Positions 26,952-41,836 are shown, numbered from the stretch's first letter. The stretch: 64,000 nucleotides of DNA from Felis catus (GCF_018350175.1 NC_058368.1:206276001-206340000); one strand, 5' to 3'. Notes: a model not told the origin generated them from the sequence alone. A program made the numbers and translations.

Positions 26952-29267
26952 ATATAAATTTTAAAGTCATGCAAAAACACTCAGACATTCCTAATGCGAG
27001 TAAATTGGTACAGTATTTATTAAAGTGAACCCACCAATTCAACTTCTAGGAATTTATCTTATAGATGCACTCCTGTGTGAAATAATGAGTTATTCATTGA
27101 TACATTGTTTATAGATACAAGAGGTTGAAAGTAACTTTTCTAATAGGATAGTAGTTAAATTATGGTCAGCTGTGCAGTGATACATCCTGCAAACGTTAAA
27201 AACAAAAGCAGGAGACTTTATATAATTTAGGGAACAATTTCTAAGGTGTATTTTTAGGGGGAGAAATACGGCTAGTCAAACAAATGTGTATAGTATACCT
27301 ACCATTTGTGTATAAAAAAACAGGAGCCAAAAGGTATTTAAGTGTAACTACTTGCATATGTGTGGAGTGTTCCTTTAAAGATACACGTAAAATAGTTACA
27401 TTAGTTGGTCAGTTACATCATATTAGATGCACATAAAACAGCTACATTAGGTAGCAGGGGGACATTTCACTGTATATCCTTTTGTACTGTTTAATTGTCT
27501 AGTGCAGGTATTAACGTTTTGAAAAGAATGTATAAAATTTGTAGAGATAAACATAGGGAAAACATTGTTAAAATATTGTTTGTGTGTTCCTGTATGTGGA
27601 GCAGACAAACATTCAAGGTAGTGGTTACCTCTGGGAAGGGGGAGAGGAGCAAGGGATCTAGGAAGAGGCGTTCAGAGCTTCCCCTGCATTTGCATTTTTG
27701 CAGTGTTGTGTTGGCCGACTGGTGGTGGGTGGCACATGGTGGACATCTGGTTTGCCGTTTGGGATGCTTGAAGTGTTTTGTTAAGAAAACCTACCTTTCA
27801 CATTTCCACCTTTTAAAACTCACTCCTCTCTAGGATTAAGTTATTTCCCTTCTGCTTTAAGATACGAGATTTTCTGACTCTTAGAATTTTAGAGTTGGTA
27901 GCTAATCGTTGACGAATCTGCTGTTCGTGTGAGGGAGATGTGAATTCTGGGAGCCTGTGCTGTGAGTGGCCTACAAGCCTTCCATGGCAGAAATACCCGT
28001 TTCCATTTTGTTCAAAAACGGTATCTTAGCACTACTGGAAAGCAGTGACAGTCTCAAGAGCAAATTTTGAGCTTTGGGAGGGGGGTGTGGTTGACTTGAT
28101 GCCTATTTTGCCAACGATAGGGTCCGCTTGTTACTGTTGACTGACTGTGGAGCAGCAGTTAATTTGGCTGCAACTGAGTTTAGTCAATGCAGAATCTTTT
28201 GCTTAGTTTTGAGAAAGCAGTTCAGAGTTTGATACCGTACCAAACCTTTTCCCCAGTTCTGCAGAGATAGATGGTAGAATACGTAGGTCTTAAGACTCGG
28301 AGTCAGAAGGCCTATCCCAACTTGATCATATAATAGCTTTACTTCATCGAATTACATAATCGCTCAGAGCCTCCTAATTACCTGTATCGTAGGTTTGTTG
28401 TGAGGCTCAAATGTGATAATGTGTTTTTTTCCTAAGCTGTTATATACTATATTTTCAAAAGTTTTATGCTACTGAAGTTCTAATATTGAAGTTTGTTGGT
28501 AATTGGGTTCAAGGCAAATATTTGTTCCCATAATTAAGGAAAAGAACAGATTACCGTATCATAGCTTTAAATTACCAAGCTTTTGCTGGGAAGGAAGAGG
28601 AAGAAAGACAATATTCAGAAGGGCTATTGCCTACTCTAAAAGAGAAAATATTTGAGTCATCAGTGTTGGGACATTATTTGAAAACCTCAGAGGGAAAAGC
28701 CTGTATCCAAAGAAGACAGATTAAAAATGTTTAACTGGTTTCTCTACCAGGTGCTTCAGAGCCATTATTGTGTTAATATTCATAGTGCTTTCCCAAAAGG
28801 GAGAACATACATCCTCTTTCAAATGTGTCTTCTGTCCTAGTATATTGTAGGGCATACTTCATAAAATTCATTGTGATAATTTTAGTTTTATGATTTTTCT
28901 AGCCTATAGAAAATTCAAATTCCCAAATTAGAACATTGGAGAGGGGGCTGTAAGAGTTGACTCCTGATAGGCTGTGAAGGGGATGACACAACTTCAAAAT
29001 GCAGAAAACCATGGAGCTGGAACAAATAGCCTAGGAGTAAGAGGTCCTATCCTGCTAACTCCCACAGATGTCACTGTGTGAAGACACAGGGGAGTAAATG
29101 ACGCTCATACAAGGTGAACATTTGCTTGGTTCCCATTCATTTTGTACAGTGTATCCCATTTAAGAATTCTGGGCATGTGTAGTACAGATTAGAAAACCTG
29201 TTTTCAGAAAAGATTACTTCTGTTAACTTGTTAATTTTAATGGTGAATTTCAAATATGAGAAAAAAC

Positions 29268-29691
29268 TATTCGTTTCCTAGGGCTGCAGTAACAAAGTAC
29301 CACAAACTGAGTGGTTTAGAACAACAGAAATTTATTCTTTCATAGTTCTGGAGGCCTAAAGTCCGAAATTAAGGGGTTTGTAGGGTTATACTCCTTCTGA
29401 AGGCTCTTGGTGAGAATCTTTTCCTTGCCTTTTCCAGCTTTTGGTGGCTCCTGGTGTTTCTTGGCTTGTGGTAGCAAAACTGTAGTCTCTGCCTTTGTCT
29501 TCCAGTGGCCTCCTGTAGGTGTGTCTGTGTTCCCTCTTCTTATTTAGGACAACATTCATTAAATACAGAACCCACTCTAAAGCTAGGATGATTCATTTTG
29601 AGATCCACACCTGATTACATTTGCAAATACCCTATTTCCACATAAGATCGATCACATTCTGGGCTGTAGGGGCATTATTCAACCCACTACA
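29268..29691 (-). mobile_element. MLT1 (MaLR) solo LTR
   Basis: ttcctagggctgcagtaacaaagtaccacaaact...cagaaatttattc...ttctggaggc...attcaacccactaca. Confidence 0.85.
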
Positions 29692-29784
29692 CTTGCCATT
29701 TTATATGCTTTTGGTTTTATGATCTTGGTTTCTCCCTTATAATACTTTAATGTTTGAGAGACTTTTTAAAACTTTTTGAAAACA

Positions 29785-29796
29785 ATATTTCTTTAT

Positions 29797-29835
<39 letters not shown>

Positions 29836-30014
29836 GAGCGAGCACACACGTATTCGTGTGCTTTTGTGAGCAGGGGAGGGGCAGAAAGAATCCCAAGCAG
29901 GCTCCATGCTGTCAGCACAGAGCCCAACATGGGGCTTGATGTTACAAACTGAGATCATGACCTGAGCCAAAATCAAGAGTCGGATGCTTAACTGACTGAG
30001 CCACCCAGGTGCCT
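29785..30014 (-). mobile_element. Can-SINE with long GA tract
   Basis: Reverse body. Confidence 0.9.
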
Positions 30015-30198
30015 TAGTTTTTGAGAAACTTTGAATTGGTTTGCTAGAATGAATAAAGTGTGTTCTTGGTATCCTGTCTTAAAATGTTGAAATTGATGAG
30101 GCAGGTTTTTGGTAGACTGAATTAATTTTCTAGTACAGGAAAAAGATCACAGGAGCGGTGCCAGACACATAGTAGGTGCAGGTACTCAACTATTTCTT

Positions 30199-31272
30199 CT
30201 TTTTTTAATTTTTAATTTATTTTTTAAATTTACCTCCAAGTTAGTTATCATATAGTGCAACAATGATTTCAGGAGTAGATTCCTTAATGCCCCTTACCCA
30301 TTTAGCCCATCCCCCCTCCCACAACCCTTAGTTTGTTCTCCGTATTTATGAGTCTCTTATGTTTTTGTCCCCTTCCCTGTTTTTATATTATTTTTGCTTC
30401 CCTTCCCTTATGTTCATCTGTTTTGTCTCTTAAAGTTCTCAGATGAGTGAAGTCATACGATTTTTGTCTTTCTCTGACTAATTTCCCTTAGCATAATACC
30501 CTCCAGTTCCATCTACGTAGTTGCAAATGGCAAGATTTCTTTCTTTTTGATTGCCGAGTAATACTCCATTGTACAAATATACCACATCTTCTTTATCCAT
30601 TCATCCATCGATGGACATTTGGGCTCTTTCCATACTTTGGCTCTTGTTGATAGTGCTGCTGTAAACATAGGGGTGCATGTGTCCCTTCGAAACAGCATAT
30701 CTGTATCCCTTGGATAAATACCTAGTAGTGCAATTGCTGGGTTGTAGGGTAGTTCTATTTTTAATTTTTTGAGGAACCTCCATACTGTTTTCCAGAGTAG
30801 TTGTACCAGTTTTCATTCCCACCAGCAGTGCAAAAGAGATCCTCTTTCTCTGCATCCTTGCCAACATCTGTTGTTGCCTGAATTGCTAATGTTAGCCATT
30901 CTGACTGGTGTGAGGTGGTATCTCATTGTGGTTTTGATTTGTGTTTCCCTGATGATGAGTGATGTTGAGCATTTTTTCTTGTGTTGGTTGGCCATCTGGA
31001 TGTCTTCTGTATAGAAGTGTCTATTCATGTCTTTTGCCCATTTCTTCACTGGATTATTTGTTTTTTGGGTGTTGAGTTTGAGAAGTTCTTTATAGATTTT
31101 GGATACTAACCCTTCATCTGAAATGCCATTTGCAAATATCTTCTCCCATTCCATTGGTTGCCTTTTAGTTTTGCTGATTGTTTCCTTCGCTGTGTAGAAG
31201 CTTTTTATTTTAATGAGGTCCCAATAGTTCATTTTTGCTTTTGTTTCCCTTGCCTCCAGAGACATGTTGAGT
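30199..31272 (-). mobile_element. 5'-truncated carnivore/felid L1 (ORF2 C-terminus and 3' UTR)
   Basis: ORF 30813-31265 (-) is L1 ORF2 ([15 protein letters not shown]...[10 protein letters not shown]); perfect 18-bp TSD ggtactcaactatttctt at 30181-30198 and 31273-31290. Confidence 0.96.
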
Positions 31273-31479
31273 GGTACTCAACTATTTCTTAATGAACAAA
31301 GTTTTAGAATAACTCTTATTGGCATGTGAGAATTCAGTCTATTATTCTTTTCAAAACTGTGAGCCTATAAATTAAGGATTCCTCTGATATGTTCAACTTC
31401 TTAGACTTATCCTTTATTAAAAGGATATCTGTATCTGTATTATTATACTATGTAATGCCCTTTTAGGATTATCTTTTTA

Positions 31480-31975
31480 GGGGTGCTTGGGTGGGTCAGT
31501 TGGTTAAGCGTCCGATTTCAGCTCAGGTCATGATCTTGAAGTCTGTGAATTCCAGCCTGCGTCGGGTTCTGTGCTGACAGCTCAGAGCCTGGAGCCTGCT
31601 TAGGATTCTGTGTCTTCCTCCCTCTCTCTCTCTGCCCCTCCCCTGCTCATGTTCGCTCGCTCTCTCTCAAAAATAAATAAAACAATAAATTTAAAAAAAG
31701 GATTATCTTTTTAAAAAAGTTATCATGGGGTACCTGGATGGCTCAGTTGGTTCAGTGTCCGACTTGGGCTCAGGTCATGATCTGATGGTTCCTGGATTCG
31801 AGCCCCACGTCGGGCTCTGTGCTCACAGCTCAGAGCTTGGAGCCTGCTTCATATTCTGTGTCTCCCTTCCTCTCTGTTCCTCCCCAGCTCACAGTCTGTC
31901 TTTCTGTCTGTGTGTCTCTCAACAATACATAAACATTTAAAAAAATTTAAAAATAGCTTTATAAAAAAATTAAAA
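31480..31975 (+). mobile_element. Two tandem Can-SINEs (about 31480-31699 and 31727-31972)
   Basis: TSDs ggattatcttttt and aaaagttatca. Confidence 0.9.
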
Positions 31976-33179
31976 AGTTATCACATTTCACTTACTGTTT
32001 TGGGGAAAGCACAAGTTTTTGAGCTAGATCTGGGTTCATGTTTTGATTTTACTAACCACCAGCTATAGGCCTTTGGGCAAGTTATTTCATCTTCCTGTGC
32101 CTCAGTTACCTGTCAAGTGTTGCTAATAATATCAGTCTTCCAGAGTTGGTTAGAGTTAGAGGGTCAGTAGGTTTGGACACAAAGTGGCTGTGTCATCATG
32201 CCTATTAATTACTAAGTTGTGTATCTTAATTAAATTGTTATGTGTTGCAAATCACTCAGATTTATATTTAAAAATAGTATTTGTTTACAAAAATGTGATT
32301 TAAGCTGAGTCAAATTACTCTGCGCTCTTGTATGACTGAATAAGCGTTCCTATAGTTTTTAGGTATTAGGTGAAATCACCGTCAAGGACTTGGTGCCAAG
32401 TGTATATGTCTAGCACTAATATGTTGAAAATTAACCAAAGTCAGGAAAGGGTCGAACTTTGGAAGCTAGAAATCTCAGGATTGATGGTTGATGGAAGGGG
32501 GAAGGATGGAGCAGGTTGGTGGAATTGAAGCTTATGAGGATGGGAGCTAGATGGATAGAAATCATAGCTATTAATTATTTAGCACTTATTATGTGCTTAA
32601 AGGGATGCTACTGACTCTAAGTGGATAAGGGGCACAAATCAAAGAGCTGAGATAATTGGCCGTGTGTGGATTAAACCAGAAAATTTAGAGCTGATTAGAT
32701 AGGGAGAGGGGGCAGGTCTGGGAGCGATTGAAAATAAATAGCCCTAAATGGTAATAGCCACCATTTATTCATCAAGCATTTACTGTGCTGGACACTGTGG
32801 AAAGTGCTTTATAAACCCTACCTCATGTATTCCTTATAGTCACTCTTGTGTATGTGGTATTCTTATTTTTACAGACAACTGAATAGAAGGTTGAAATTAC
32901 TTAACTTTCTCAGGTCAAACATTTAGTAAATACCTTCATACATAGAACCCAGGTCTGTGTGACTACAAAGTCTATGCTTTGTACACAGACTGCCTTCTTA
33001 TGTGAAAGGAGAAAGGCATTCAACCTGTTACTGAAAAATGTGAATCTAACACCCATCGTTTTTTCTTTTTTTTCTTCCCTTTGGGATTTTTGAATTGTAA
33101 AGAATATAAAACAGTAAGTAAAATATGAAAAAAAAAACCACTATAGAATAACTTTTAATTTTGGTGCATTATCATTTTC

Positions 33180-33823
33180 TTTTTTTTTAATTTTCTTTTT
33201 TATTTTTTAAAATGTACATCCAAATTAGTTAGCATATAGTGAAACAGTGATTTCAGGAGTAGATTCCTTAATGCCCCTTATCCATTTAGCCCACTCCCGC
33301 CTCCCACAACCCCTCCAGTAACCCTCAGTTTGTTCTCCATATTTAAGAGTCTCTTATGTTTTGTCCCCCTCCCTGTTTTTATATTATTTTTGTTTCCCTT
33401 CCCTTGTGTCCATCTGTTTTGTCTCTTAAAGTCCTCATATGAGTGAAGTCATATGATTTTTGTCTTTCTCTGACTGACTAATTTCCCTTAGCATCATACC
33501 CTCCAGTTCCATCCACGTAGTTGCAAATGGCAAGATTTCATTTTTTTGATTGCCGAGTAATCCTCCATTGTGTATAGATACCACATCTTCTTTATCCATT
33601 CATCCATCGATGGCCATTTGGGCTCTTTCCATACTTTGGCTATTGTTGGTAGTGCTGCTATAAACATCGGGGTGCACGTGCCCCTTCAAAACAGCATACC
33701 TGTATCCCTTGGATAAATGCCTAGTAGTGCAATTGCTGGGTTGTAGGGTAGTTCTATTTTTAATTTTTGAGGAACCTCCATACTGTTTTCCAGAGTGGCT
33801 GCACCAGCTTGCATTTCCAGGCA
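33180..33823 (-). mobile_element. 5'-truncated felid L1
   Basis: Same 3' end as the L1 at 30199; TSD cattatcattttc (33167-33179 / 33824-33836). Confidence 0.94.
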
Positions 33824-34099
33824 CATTATCATTTTCATAGAAATATTTTTGGTATAGGTAGACAATGTAGAATACATATGTTTTTGTTTGCTCTTTTCAT
33901 GATTATAAGAACATTTTCTATAGTCTTCCTCTGAGAGAGAGTTAGAATAACAATGTATTAAACTGTTCTCTAAAATTGGTCATTTAGTCTTTTCTTAAAT
34001 AAAACACTATAATAAAAATAATTATGTACATGTTAAAATGTACTTAATTCTAAGTTAAATTCTGAGGAACTATATAAAAAATATATATCACTCTTTCTC

Positions 34100-34313
34100 T
34101 TAAAAACATTTTTTTAAATGTTTATTCATTCTTGAGATAGACAGAGCATGAGTGGGGGAGGGGCAGAGAGAGAGGGAGACCCAGAATCCCAAGCAGGCTC
34201 CAGGTTCTGAGTTATCAGCACAGAGCCTGACGCAGGGCTCAAACCCACAAACCGTGAGATCATGACCTGAGCCAAACTCGGACACTTAACCAACTGAGCC
34301 ACCCAGGTGCCCC
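34100..34313 (-). mobile_element. Can-SINE
   Basis: Reverse body; TSD atcactctt. Confidence 0.9.
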
Positions 34314-34979
34314 AAAATCACTCTTAATGCGGTCTAGTATATCAGCTTTTCTTCCCCTAAAATGTTTCTATTGGTTTGCCAGCCATGAAAAAGGAATTAG
34401 TGCACTAATTTTCCCTTAAAAAAACAAATTGATCATGTACCCTGCTTATTTACTTAGTTGTGTGTGAGAGAGAGTCAGAGAGGTTGAATTTGATCTCTAC
34501 AGTGGCTGTTACGACACCTTTCTCCTCCCTGTTACTGTTCAATTTTTGTTTGAATACTATTTGTACAGTCATACTTCTGTGATTTCTGTTGTTTCAGAAA
34601 TGAAGATATGCCTCTGTTTCTTCTAAGTAATCTCTAATTTGATGAAATGCTCAGGTATTAGAACAACGTCTTTAGTCGTACTTTGTTTGGTTATTGATTT
34701 CGTTCTGTTTACTTACTCTTACTGGGGAGGGACTTCTATTATTCATAGGTGGAATAGTATTTATTCTCTACTCGCTATTACTCATGAGTTGAATTTCACT
34801 TGATTTCCTGTTCTTTGTCTGTCAGCATCCATCCTTTGAGTGCTAATTTTGATTTCTTCCTAATTTTTGGTATGTTTACGATAAAATTTTCTCATATTTT
34901 TACAACTTACTGCTTTCTAATTGTTGTAAAATTCATCTTGCTCTGCTCTTCCTTTTATATTTCCTTTTTTGTTTAAAAG

Positions 34980-35475
34980 ATTTTATTTTATGTATTAAAA
35001 ATTTTTAAAAATGTTTATTTTTGAGAGATAGAGAGACAGAATGTCTCTGTGGAGGAACAGAGAGAGAGGGAGACACAGTCTGAAGCAGGCTCCAGGCTCT
35101 GAGCTGTCAGCACAGAGCCCAAGGTGGAGTTCCAACCTACAAACTGTGAGATCATGACCTGAGCTGAAGTAAGATGCTTAATTGACTGAGCCACCCAGGT
35201 GCCCCTTTATTTTTATTTTTTTTAAATGGGCCTAATGCCCAGTGCAGAGCCCAGTTCAGGGCTTGAACTCAAAACCCTGAGATCAAGACCTGATCTGAGA
35301 TGGAGAGTAGGATGCTTAACTGACTGAGCCACCCAGGCACTCCTTAAAATATTAAAATTATTTAAAATAATTTAAACATAAATGTTTGAGTAATTTCTAC
35401 ACCCAATGTGGGTTCGAACTTACAACCCTGAGATCAAGAGGCGCATGCTCTACTGACTGAGCCAGCCAGATGCTC
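34980..35475 (-). mobile_element. Cluster of three Can-SINEs
   Basis: Three reverse heads near 35205, 35343 and 35472. Confidence 0.85.
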
Positions 35476-35845
35476 TAACTTCTGTATTTCTTATCACCTT
35501 GTGATAGTTAATTTTTTCGACAACATTCACGTATTCTTGGGTTCATGTTTTAAATGTTCATGTTTTAATTAATGTCTGTTCTTCTTGCTTTATTCTTTTG
35601 TACTTTAAAAAACTTTTTGGTTTTTCCTACCTTAACAGTTATTTTGGTCATCTTCAGAGGCCAGGAAGGTCCCAGGGACCCAGGTTGCTTTTGGTCAGTT
35701 CTGTTTTCTGTGGCAGTGTTAACTGGTATGTAGCAGATGTTCAGTACATGAAATGAATTGGAAAGAATACTTTGAGTGTCTATTGCAGTTCCTTCTTTAA
35801 TGATAGAATGCACATCTGGAGTTTTGATAAGACCCATTGTTTCTT

Positions 35846-36024
35846 GGGTGCCTGGGTGGCTCAGTTGGTTGAGTGACCTACTCTTGATTTTGGCTCAGGT
35901 CATGATCCCAGGGTCATGGGATCCCTGACATGGGATCAAGCCTTGCGTCAGGTTCCATACCGAGTGTGAAGTCTGCTTAAGATTCTCTCCCTGTCTTCCT
36001 CAGCCCCTCTACTTTGTGCATGCT

Positions 36025-36056
<32 letters not shown>
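35846..36056 (+). mobile_element. Can-SINE with a long pure A tail
   Basis: Head, core, A26 tail. Confidence 0.9.
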
Positions 36057-36058
<2 letters not shown>

Positions 36059-37414
36059 CTCTGTTGTTGCATAGTTAATCTGGGTTGAGATTAAGTTGAG
36101 CAGGGTATCCTATGAGAGGAGACTGGTTGATTTGTGATGAATTGGGAGTTCAGTCCCAAATGGATTCTGCTTTAACATTCCTTCTGATTCAGAGTCTGCC
36201 AGTAGTATCCAGTGTTGTGGCTATTTCCCAGTCCTGTTTCAGCTATGCAGTTAATGGGAGAGTTTCTACTAAGCCATTGCTTGGAGATTTTGGGGGTAGT
36301 TCAGACAGATGAGATTACTACTTCAGGTATCAATAAACTAGGTCTCAACAAACTAAGATACTTCCTGAATTAGGGTTTAACAGTCAATTTGACTGCACTT
36401 AATCACATCTGATTGGTATAGGAGATTGGAGAAAGCCTTATCCGAAATTAGAATGTGCTTCCAATTTTCAGTCCCATTTCAGCTGTGATTATAGGTTTTT
36501 CTTTGTTACTGATTTCATGTGTATTTAGTTTTTGATGGAAGTATGTCCAGTGTATTCCTATTCTACCATCTTTCAGGAAAGTTCTATATTTTCTTAGCCG
36601 TGGGTGGTTTTGAGATTAGTCAAGCTATACAAATGGTGGTTATAAGAAAACTTAGAGATTCCATTTACATTGTAGTAGTTTGAAACTGGCATTTTTGGTT
36701 CTGTGATAATGCTTTTGGTTAGGGTAGACTATGTTGCAGTTGTATATTTGTTCACTTGCTGGGAAGATGTACATTCCAGAGGTATTGTGCTGGTTAAAGA
36801 ATCTGGACAAAGTAGGAGGTGAATTTAGGTGATAAATTGTATTTTTGAGAAGGATTGAGACTTACTGTGACTTAAACAGTTTTCTTGGAGTCTTAATGCT
36901 TTTTTCTGCAAGTGTGAAATACCTGTATAACTTACCTTGGATTTAATATTATTAATTAAAACATTTAAGGAAAATAGCAAATGCTTAAAAAAATTCGAAG
37001 TAATTAGAAACTACCCCATCCCCTGACCTTCTCAACTGAAGGGAGCGTGGGGGGCAGAGAAGCCCATCACTCATTGTCTTGGTTGGCCTGGTGGAGGGAA
37101 ATGTTGAATTATTGAAAACCATTGGACTAGATGATCTGTAAGGTTCTCTTTAGTTCTAAAATTTTATTAAGTCACCAAGAGCACCTATTAAGTGAGGAGC
37201 AAGCAGTGAATTTTGTCTTTAGAAAGCTAATTTAATTATCTTGTTGCTCCCCTGCTTAAAAACATGCAGTGGTTCATAATCCTTGAGGGTTTCTAAAGGG
37301 TGGGCAGGCTCAACTCCATCCCAAATCCCAGATCAAGCAGGAAAGCCTATTTAGATTGGAATAATGAGAAAAAGTTCTTGTTTAAAATAATGTTTTAAAC
37401 ACAAGAAGTTTAAA

Positions 37415-37639
37415 TCTTTTTTTAAAAAACTTACTTATTTTGAGAGAGAGAACACATGCTCATGTGTGCATGCATGAGCAGGGGAGAGGCAGAGAGAGAG
37501 GGAGAGAGAGAGAATCCCAAGCAGGCTCCATGCTGTCAGTGCAGAACCCAAGGTGGGGCTCGATCCCACGATCTTGAGATCACAACCTGAGCTGAAATCG
37601 ACAGTCAGATGTTTGACCGACTGCCACCCAGGCACCCCT
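37415..37639 (-). mobile_element. Can-SINE
   Basis: TSD taaacacaagaagtt. Confidence 0.92.
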
Positions 37640-37704
37640 AAACACAAGAAGTTAAAATTATCAATATTGAGTTTTCAACTTGGAAATGATAAAAAGTATC
37701 ATAA

Positions 37705-37899
37705 TTATCTGCTAAGGGCTGCCATAACAAAATACCTCAGCCAGAATGGCTTGAACAGCAGTTTATTTTCTTACAGTCTGGAGGCTAAACATCGGAGATC
37801 AAGGTTTCAGAAGGGTTGATGCCTTCTGAGGCTTTCTCCTTAGCTTGCAGATGGCTGCCTCTTCCCTCTGTCCTCCCAGGGTTTCCCGTGTGAACCCCT

Positions 37900-37949
<50 letters not shown>

Positions 37950-38112
37950 CAGATTTACTCTTATAAAGATACACCAGTCAGGGGGTATTCAGACCTACCT
38001 GATCTATTTCAACAGTCACTTTTTTACAGGCCCTATTTCCACATACTGTCACATTCTGAGAGGGAGGGTTCCAACATGAATTTTGGGGGGAGACACAATT
38101 CAGCACATAACA
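37705..38112 (-). mobile_element. MLT1A-like LTR with an internal (CT)n tract
   Basis: gggctgccataacaaaatacc...tctggaggct...cttgcagatggctgcctctt...gacacaattcagc. Confidence 0.8.
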
Positions 38113-38669
38113 TACATAAATAACTAAGAAGGAATTTCTTATTTATCATTACCTTTGCCTTTCAGTTGGTAATTACCAAGATCACCAGGGAAAGCTCTCA
38201 GCTATTGGTCTTGGTCTTACAAACTATGTTCTACTTTAGAAGACAGCATTTTCTTCCTAAAAAGCTAAAACCCTAAACCACTTATTTAAAAAAAATTGAT
38301 ACATGTATATTTCAAAAAGTCAAATAGTGCTAAGAGGTGTATTTATAAAACAATTCCTTACCCACACTCTCAACTCTTAGCTGTTTTTTCTTGTATTTAT
38401 CTCTAGGTTGTTGTTTTTTTTTTTTAAACCTCCATATTTCAAATTGATCCATGCATGTGTACAAACTATTTCTTAATTCTTGTTGTCAGATTTTTATTGT
38501 TGTTGTTGAGTTTCTGTTAGAGTAGATAAGGATTTCAGTTCTCTTACACCTTTTCCTCTACACCCTCATTCTCCTAATAATTATATCATAGTTAAAAAAC
38601 CCTACATTTAGCATTTCATAATTGTGACTGTGTAAAAACTATATGCCAAGGCAATACTGTGACTATATA

Positions 38670-38851
38670 TATTTTTTAAATGTTCATTTATTTTGAGAGG
38701 GGGCTGGTAGAGAGAGAGAGGGAGACAGAGAATCCCAAGCAGTTTTCATGCTCGGTGTGGAGTCCATTGTGGGGCTTGATCTCATGACCCCAAGATCATG
38801 ACCTGAGCTGATATCAAGAGTCGGATGCTCAACTGAGCCACCCAGGTGCCC
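38670..38851 (-). mobile_element. Can-SINE
   Basis: TSD ctgtgactatat. Confidence 0.9.
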
Positions 38852-39038
38852 TGTGACTATATTTTCTTACATTACTTTTAATTTTTCCTGGAGTTATTAA
38901 GTTAACCTTGGTTTGTCCATTTTCTTAGTTTTCTTTAAACCTGAGGCTAAATTTCTTGTATCTTCAAATGCTTTTGTAAAATCTCTCTCAATACAGCATT
39001 CCAAACTTTCAAACCTATAAAATAATTTATCTGCCCCT

Positions 39039-39063
39039 CCCCCCCCCCCCCCCCCCCCCCCCC
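39039..39063 (+). repeat. Poly(C) homopolymer, 25 nt
   Basis: Direct reading. Confidence 0.9.
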
Positions 39064-39376
39064 AATCTTGGCTCCTCTGTCACATTTCTGTCTGGATTTG
39101 TTGCCTCTAGGCCTTCTACACATCTGTTACCTAGGACTTTGCTTCATTACCATATTGGAGATCTCTTAGTTTTTCTCCTATATTTGATCCCTTCTTTAGT
39201 GGATATTATCTTTCTTCATTTTCTTCCTAATTTTGATAGAATATATATTCTCCAGTAGGTTCTAGGGAAAGGGTAAATAAAAGCTAAAATTTTGGAGACT
39301 AAATCCTATTATTACCATTGATTATCTGGGCATAGCATTCAGAATTGAAAGAAAATCACTGAAATTTTTTATTCTT

Positions 39377-39585
39377 GGGGCACTTGGGTAGCTCAGTTGG
39401 TTAAGCGTCCGACTTTGGCTCAGGTCATGATCTCATGGTTCATGAATTTGAGCCCTGTGTTGGGCTCTGTGCGGACAGCTCTGAGCCTGGAGCCTGCTTC
39501 AAATTCTGTGTCTCCCTCTCTCTCTCTGCCCCGCCCCTGTGCACACTTTCTCTCTCAAAAATAAAAACATTAAATTTTTTTTTTA
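39377..39585 (+). mobile_element. Can-SINE
   Basis: TSD ttttattctt. Confidence 0.9.
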
Positions 39586-40102
39586 ATTTTATTCTTAAAA
39601 ATAGAAATGGCATGCTCATGAACTGAAATTTGAATGGTTCAAGGGGTTATGGAGAGGGGGAGTGTGTCTGTGCCATGAGGGCATTTTGGGGGATGGTGGA
39701 ACTATTCTGTATTTGATTCTAATGGTGGCTTTACCAGTTACTATATGTTCAACTTCATAGAACTGTTCACCAAAAGCAAAAAGTTCAGTTTTTTTTTTTT
39801 AAAGTTCAGGTTGTATGTATGATAGCTTAAGAATTAAAAAATCAGAATTTAAAAGTGCAAAAAAGTATATAGCAAAAAGGAAGTCTCTTCTTTCTGTGTT
39901 AGCTTTCCAGTTTTCCTTTCTGGAAGAAACCACTGTTACCAGTTTCTTATGTATTCTCCCACTTAATCACTCTTGAACATGTAAACAACATTTAGAGGCA
40001 AATCAGGTAGAATTGAAAGGAACTTAAATTTGCTCAGTATTTTCTGAGAGTGCAAACTCTTAGAATACATGTAAATATGTTATTAATCAAGCCTGGCACT
40101 AA

Positions 40103-40270
<168 letters not shown>

Positions 40271-40879
40271 TAAGAACTGATTGTATTAAATGTAGTCATA
40301 TCATTTTAAAATAATTTTTGTTAACCAACTTACTCTGACAAGTGAGAAGGATGACTGACATTTCTTGAATCTTCCTCAAGATTTAAAGATTTTTTGCCTG
40401 TTCATGTATTTATCTATATCTAACCCTGTTCTTGGTCACCTAAGCCTGTGTTCATGTTTTGCCCTTGTGCTTATCAGCTGTTACCTTTCTCATTCTTTCT
40501 TGTCTTCTGGACATGCCTTTCTGATAGATAACTTTCTGTGTCCCTGTTGCTGTAGAACCAACAATGATTTGCTAGTAAAAACTCTTGACATCCAAATTTC
40601 CACATGATGTCACGTAGCCAGTAGAAAGGGTGTTCCCCTGTACTGCTTATATCTGAGAAAACAAATAATGACTGATAAAATTTTAGGACTCCAGTATTTC
40701 AGAAGGGCAGTGATATTATGGTTGTTGTACAGTGGCCAATTGTAGGGTCTCCATATAACTTACTTATTGCTCAGTTTTCTCATGCGGGCTGTCAGTAACA
40801 ACTGCTTAGCTTTTGTACTGAATGAGCTGACTCAAAATTTGTTTCACTCTCCTGTCTTCTCATTTGCTGAGGTGCTGTA

Positions 40880-41836
40880 GTTTTAAGTGCTGTCCATATG
40901 CTGATGACTTCTCCATACACATCTCCTGCTTTGTTACCTCTTCCCCTAACTCCAGATCCCTCACTCACTGCGTACTTCACATCCCCATGGGCATGCTAGA
41001 GCTGAACTTTCTGTTACCCTTCCCCAAGCCTGCTCTTCCCACAGCTGTCACCCTCTGTGAATATTCAGTTCCTTAGGGCAGAGACTTAGGAACCATCCTG
41101 AACTTCCTGTCATCCATTCCATTTCTTTCTTCAAAATCTATCTAGAATCCGAGTGTTCCTCAATTCCTTCATTACCATCAGCCTAGTTTGAGCCACTGTC
41201 ATCTCTGTCACAGACTCCTGCAGTAGACTATTGCTTCCACGTTTACCATCCCATCAGTTCTTCATGTTGTTGCCATAAATTAAAGTTTCCTTTTTAAGAG
41301 ATCAGATCACATGACTACTTTGCTTAAAACCTTTAATAGCTTTGCATCTCCCTTAGAGTAGAAGTCAGGCCTCATCGTGGTTTGTAAGGTTCTGTCCTCT
41401 GGTCTCCAGGTAGCTTTTTGAGTCCACATTCTATTTCTTTCTGCCAGCTCACTCTGCTCTAGCCGTCTTACCATTCCTCAAACATGCCAGACAGACTTGT
41501 ACCTCGGGGCCTTTGCACTTGCTGGCTCACCTTCTTCCTAGATCGTGGTATGGTTTGCTCCCTTCCATCAGGTTCTGCTCAAATGTTACTTTATTGGACA
41601 GTAGTCCTTCCTTAAATGCCCTGTGTGAGAGGTTCCTCGTAGTTTGTTTTATTTCTCTTCATAGCAAGTTCTACCACCTGAGATATTGCTTATTTATTTA
41701 GTGTCTGTTTCCTGGCTCCTGGAACATGAACTCCATGAAGGCAGAGAATTTGTTTTGTTCCCTGCAGCTTTCCCGGATTCTAGCACAGTGCCTGCTATAT
41801 TATAGGCACTTAGTAAATATTTACTGAATGATGAAT
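40880..41836 (+). mobile_element. L2 remnant
   Basis: tatgctgatgact..., gggcctttgcacttgctg, 3' end gcacagtgcctg...taaatatttactgaatgatgaat. Confidence 0.75.
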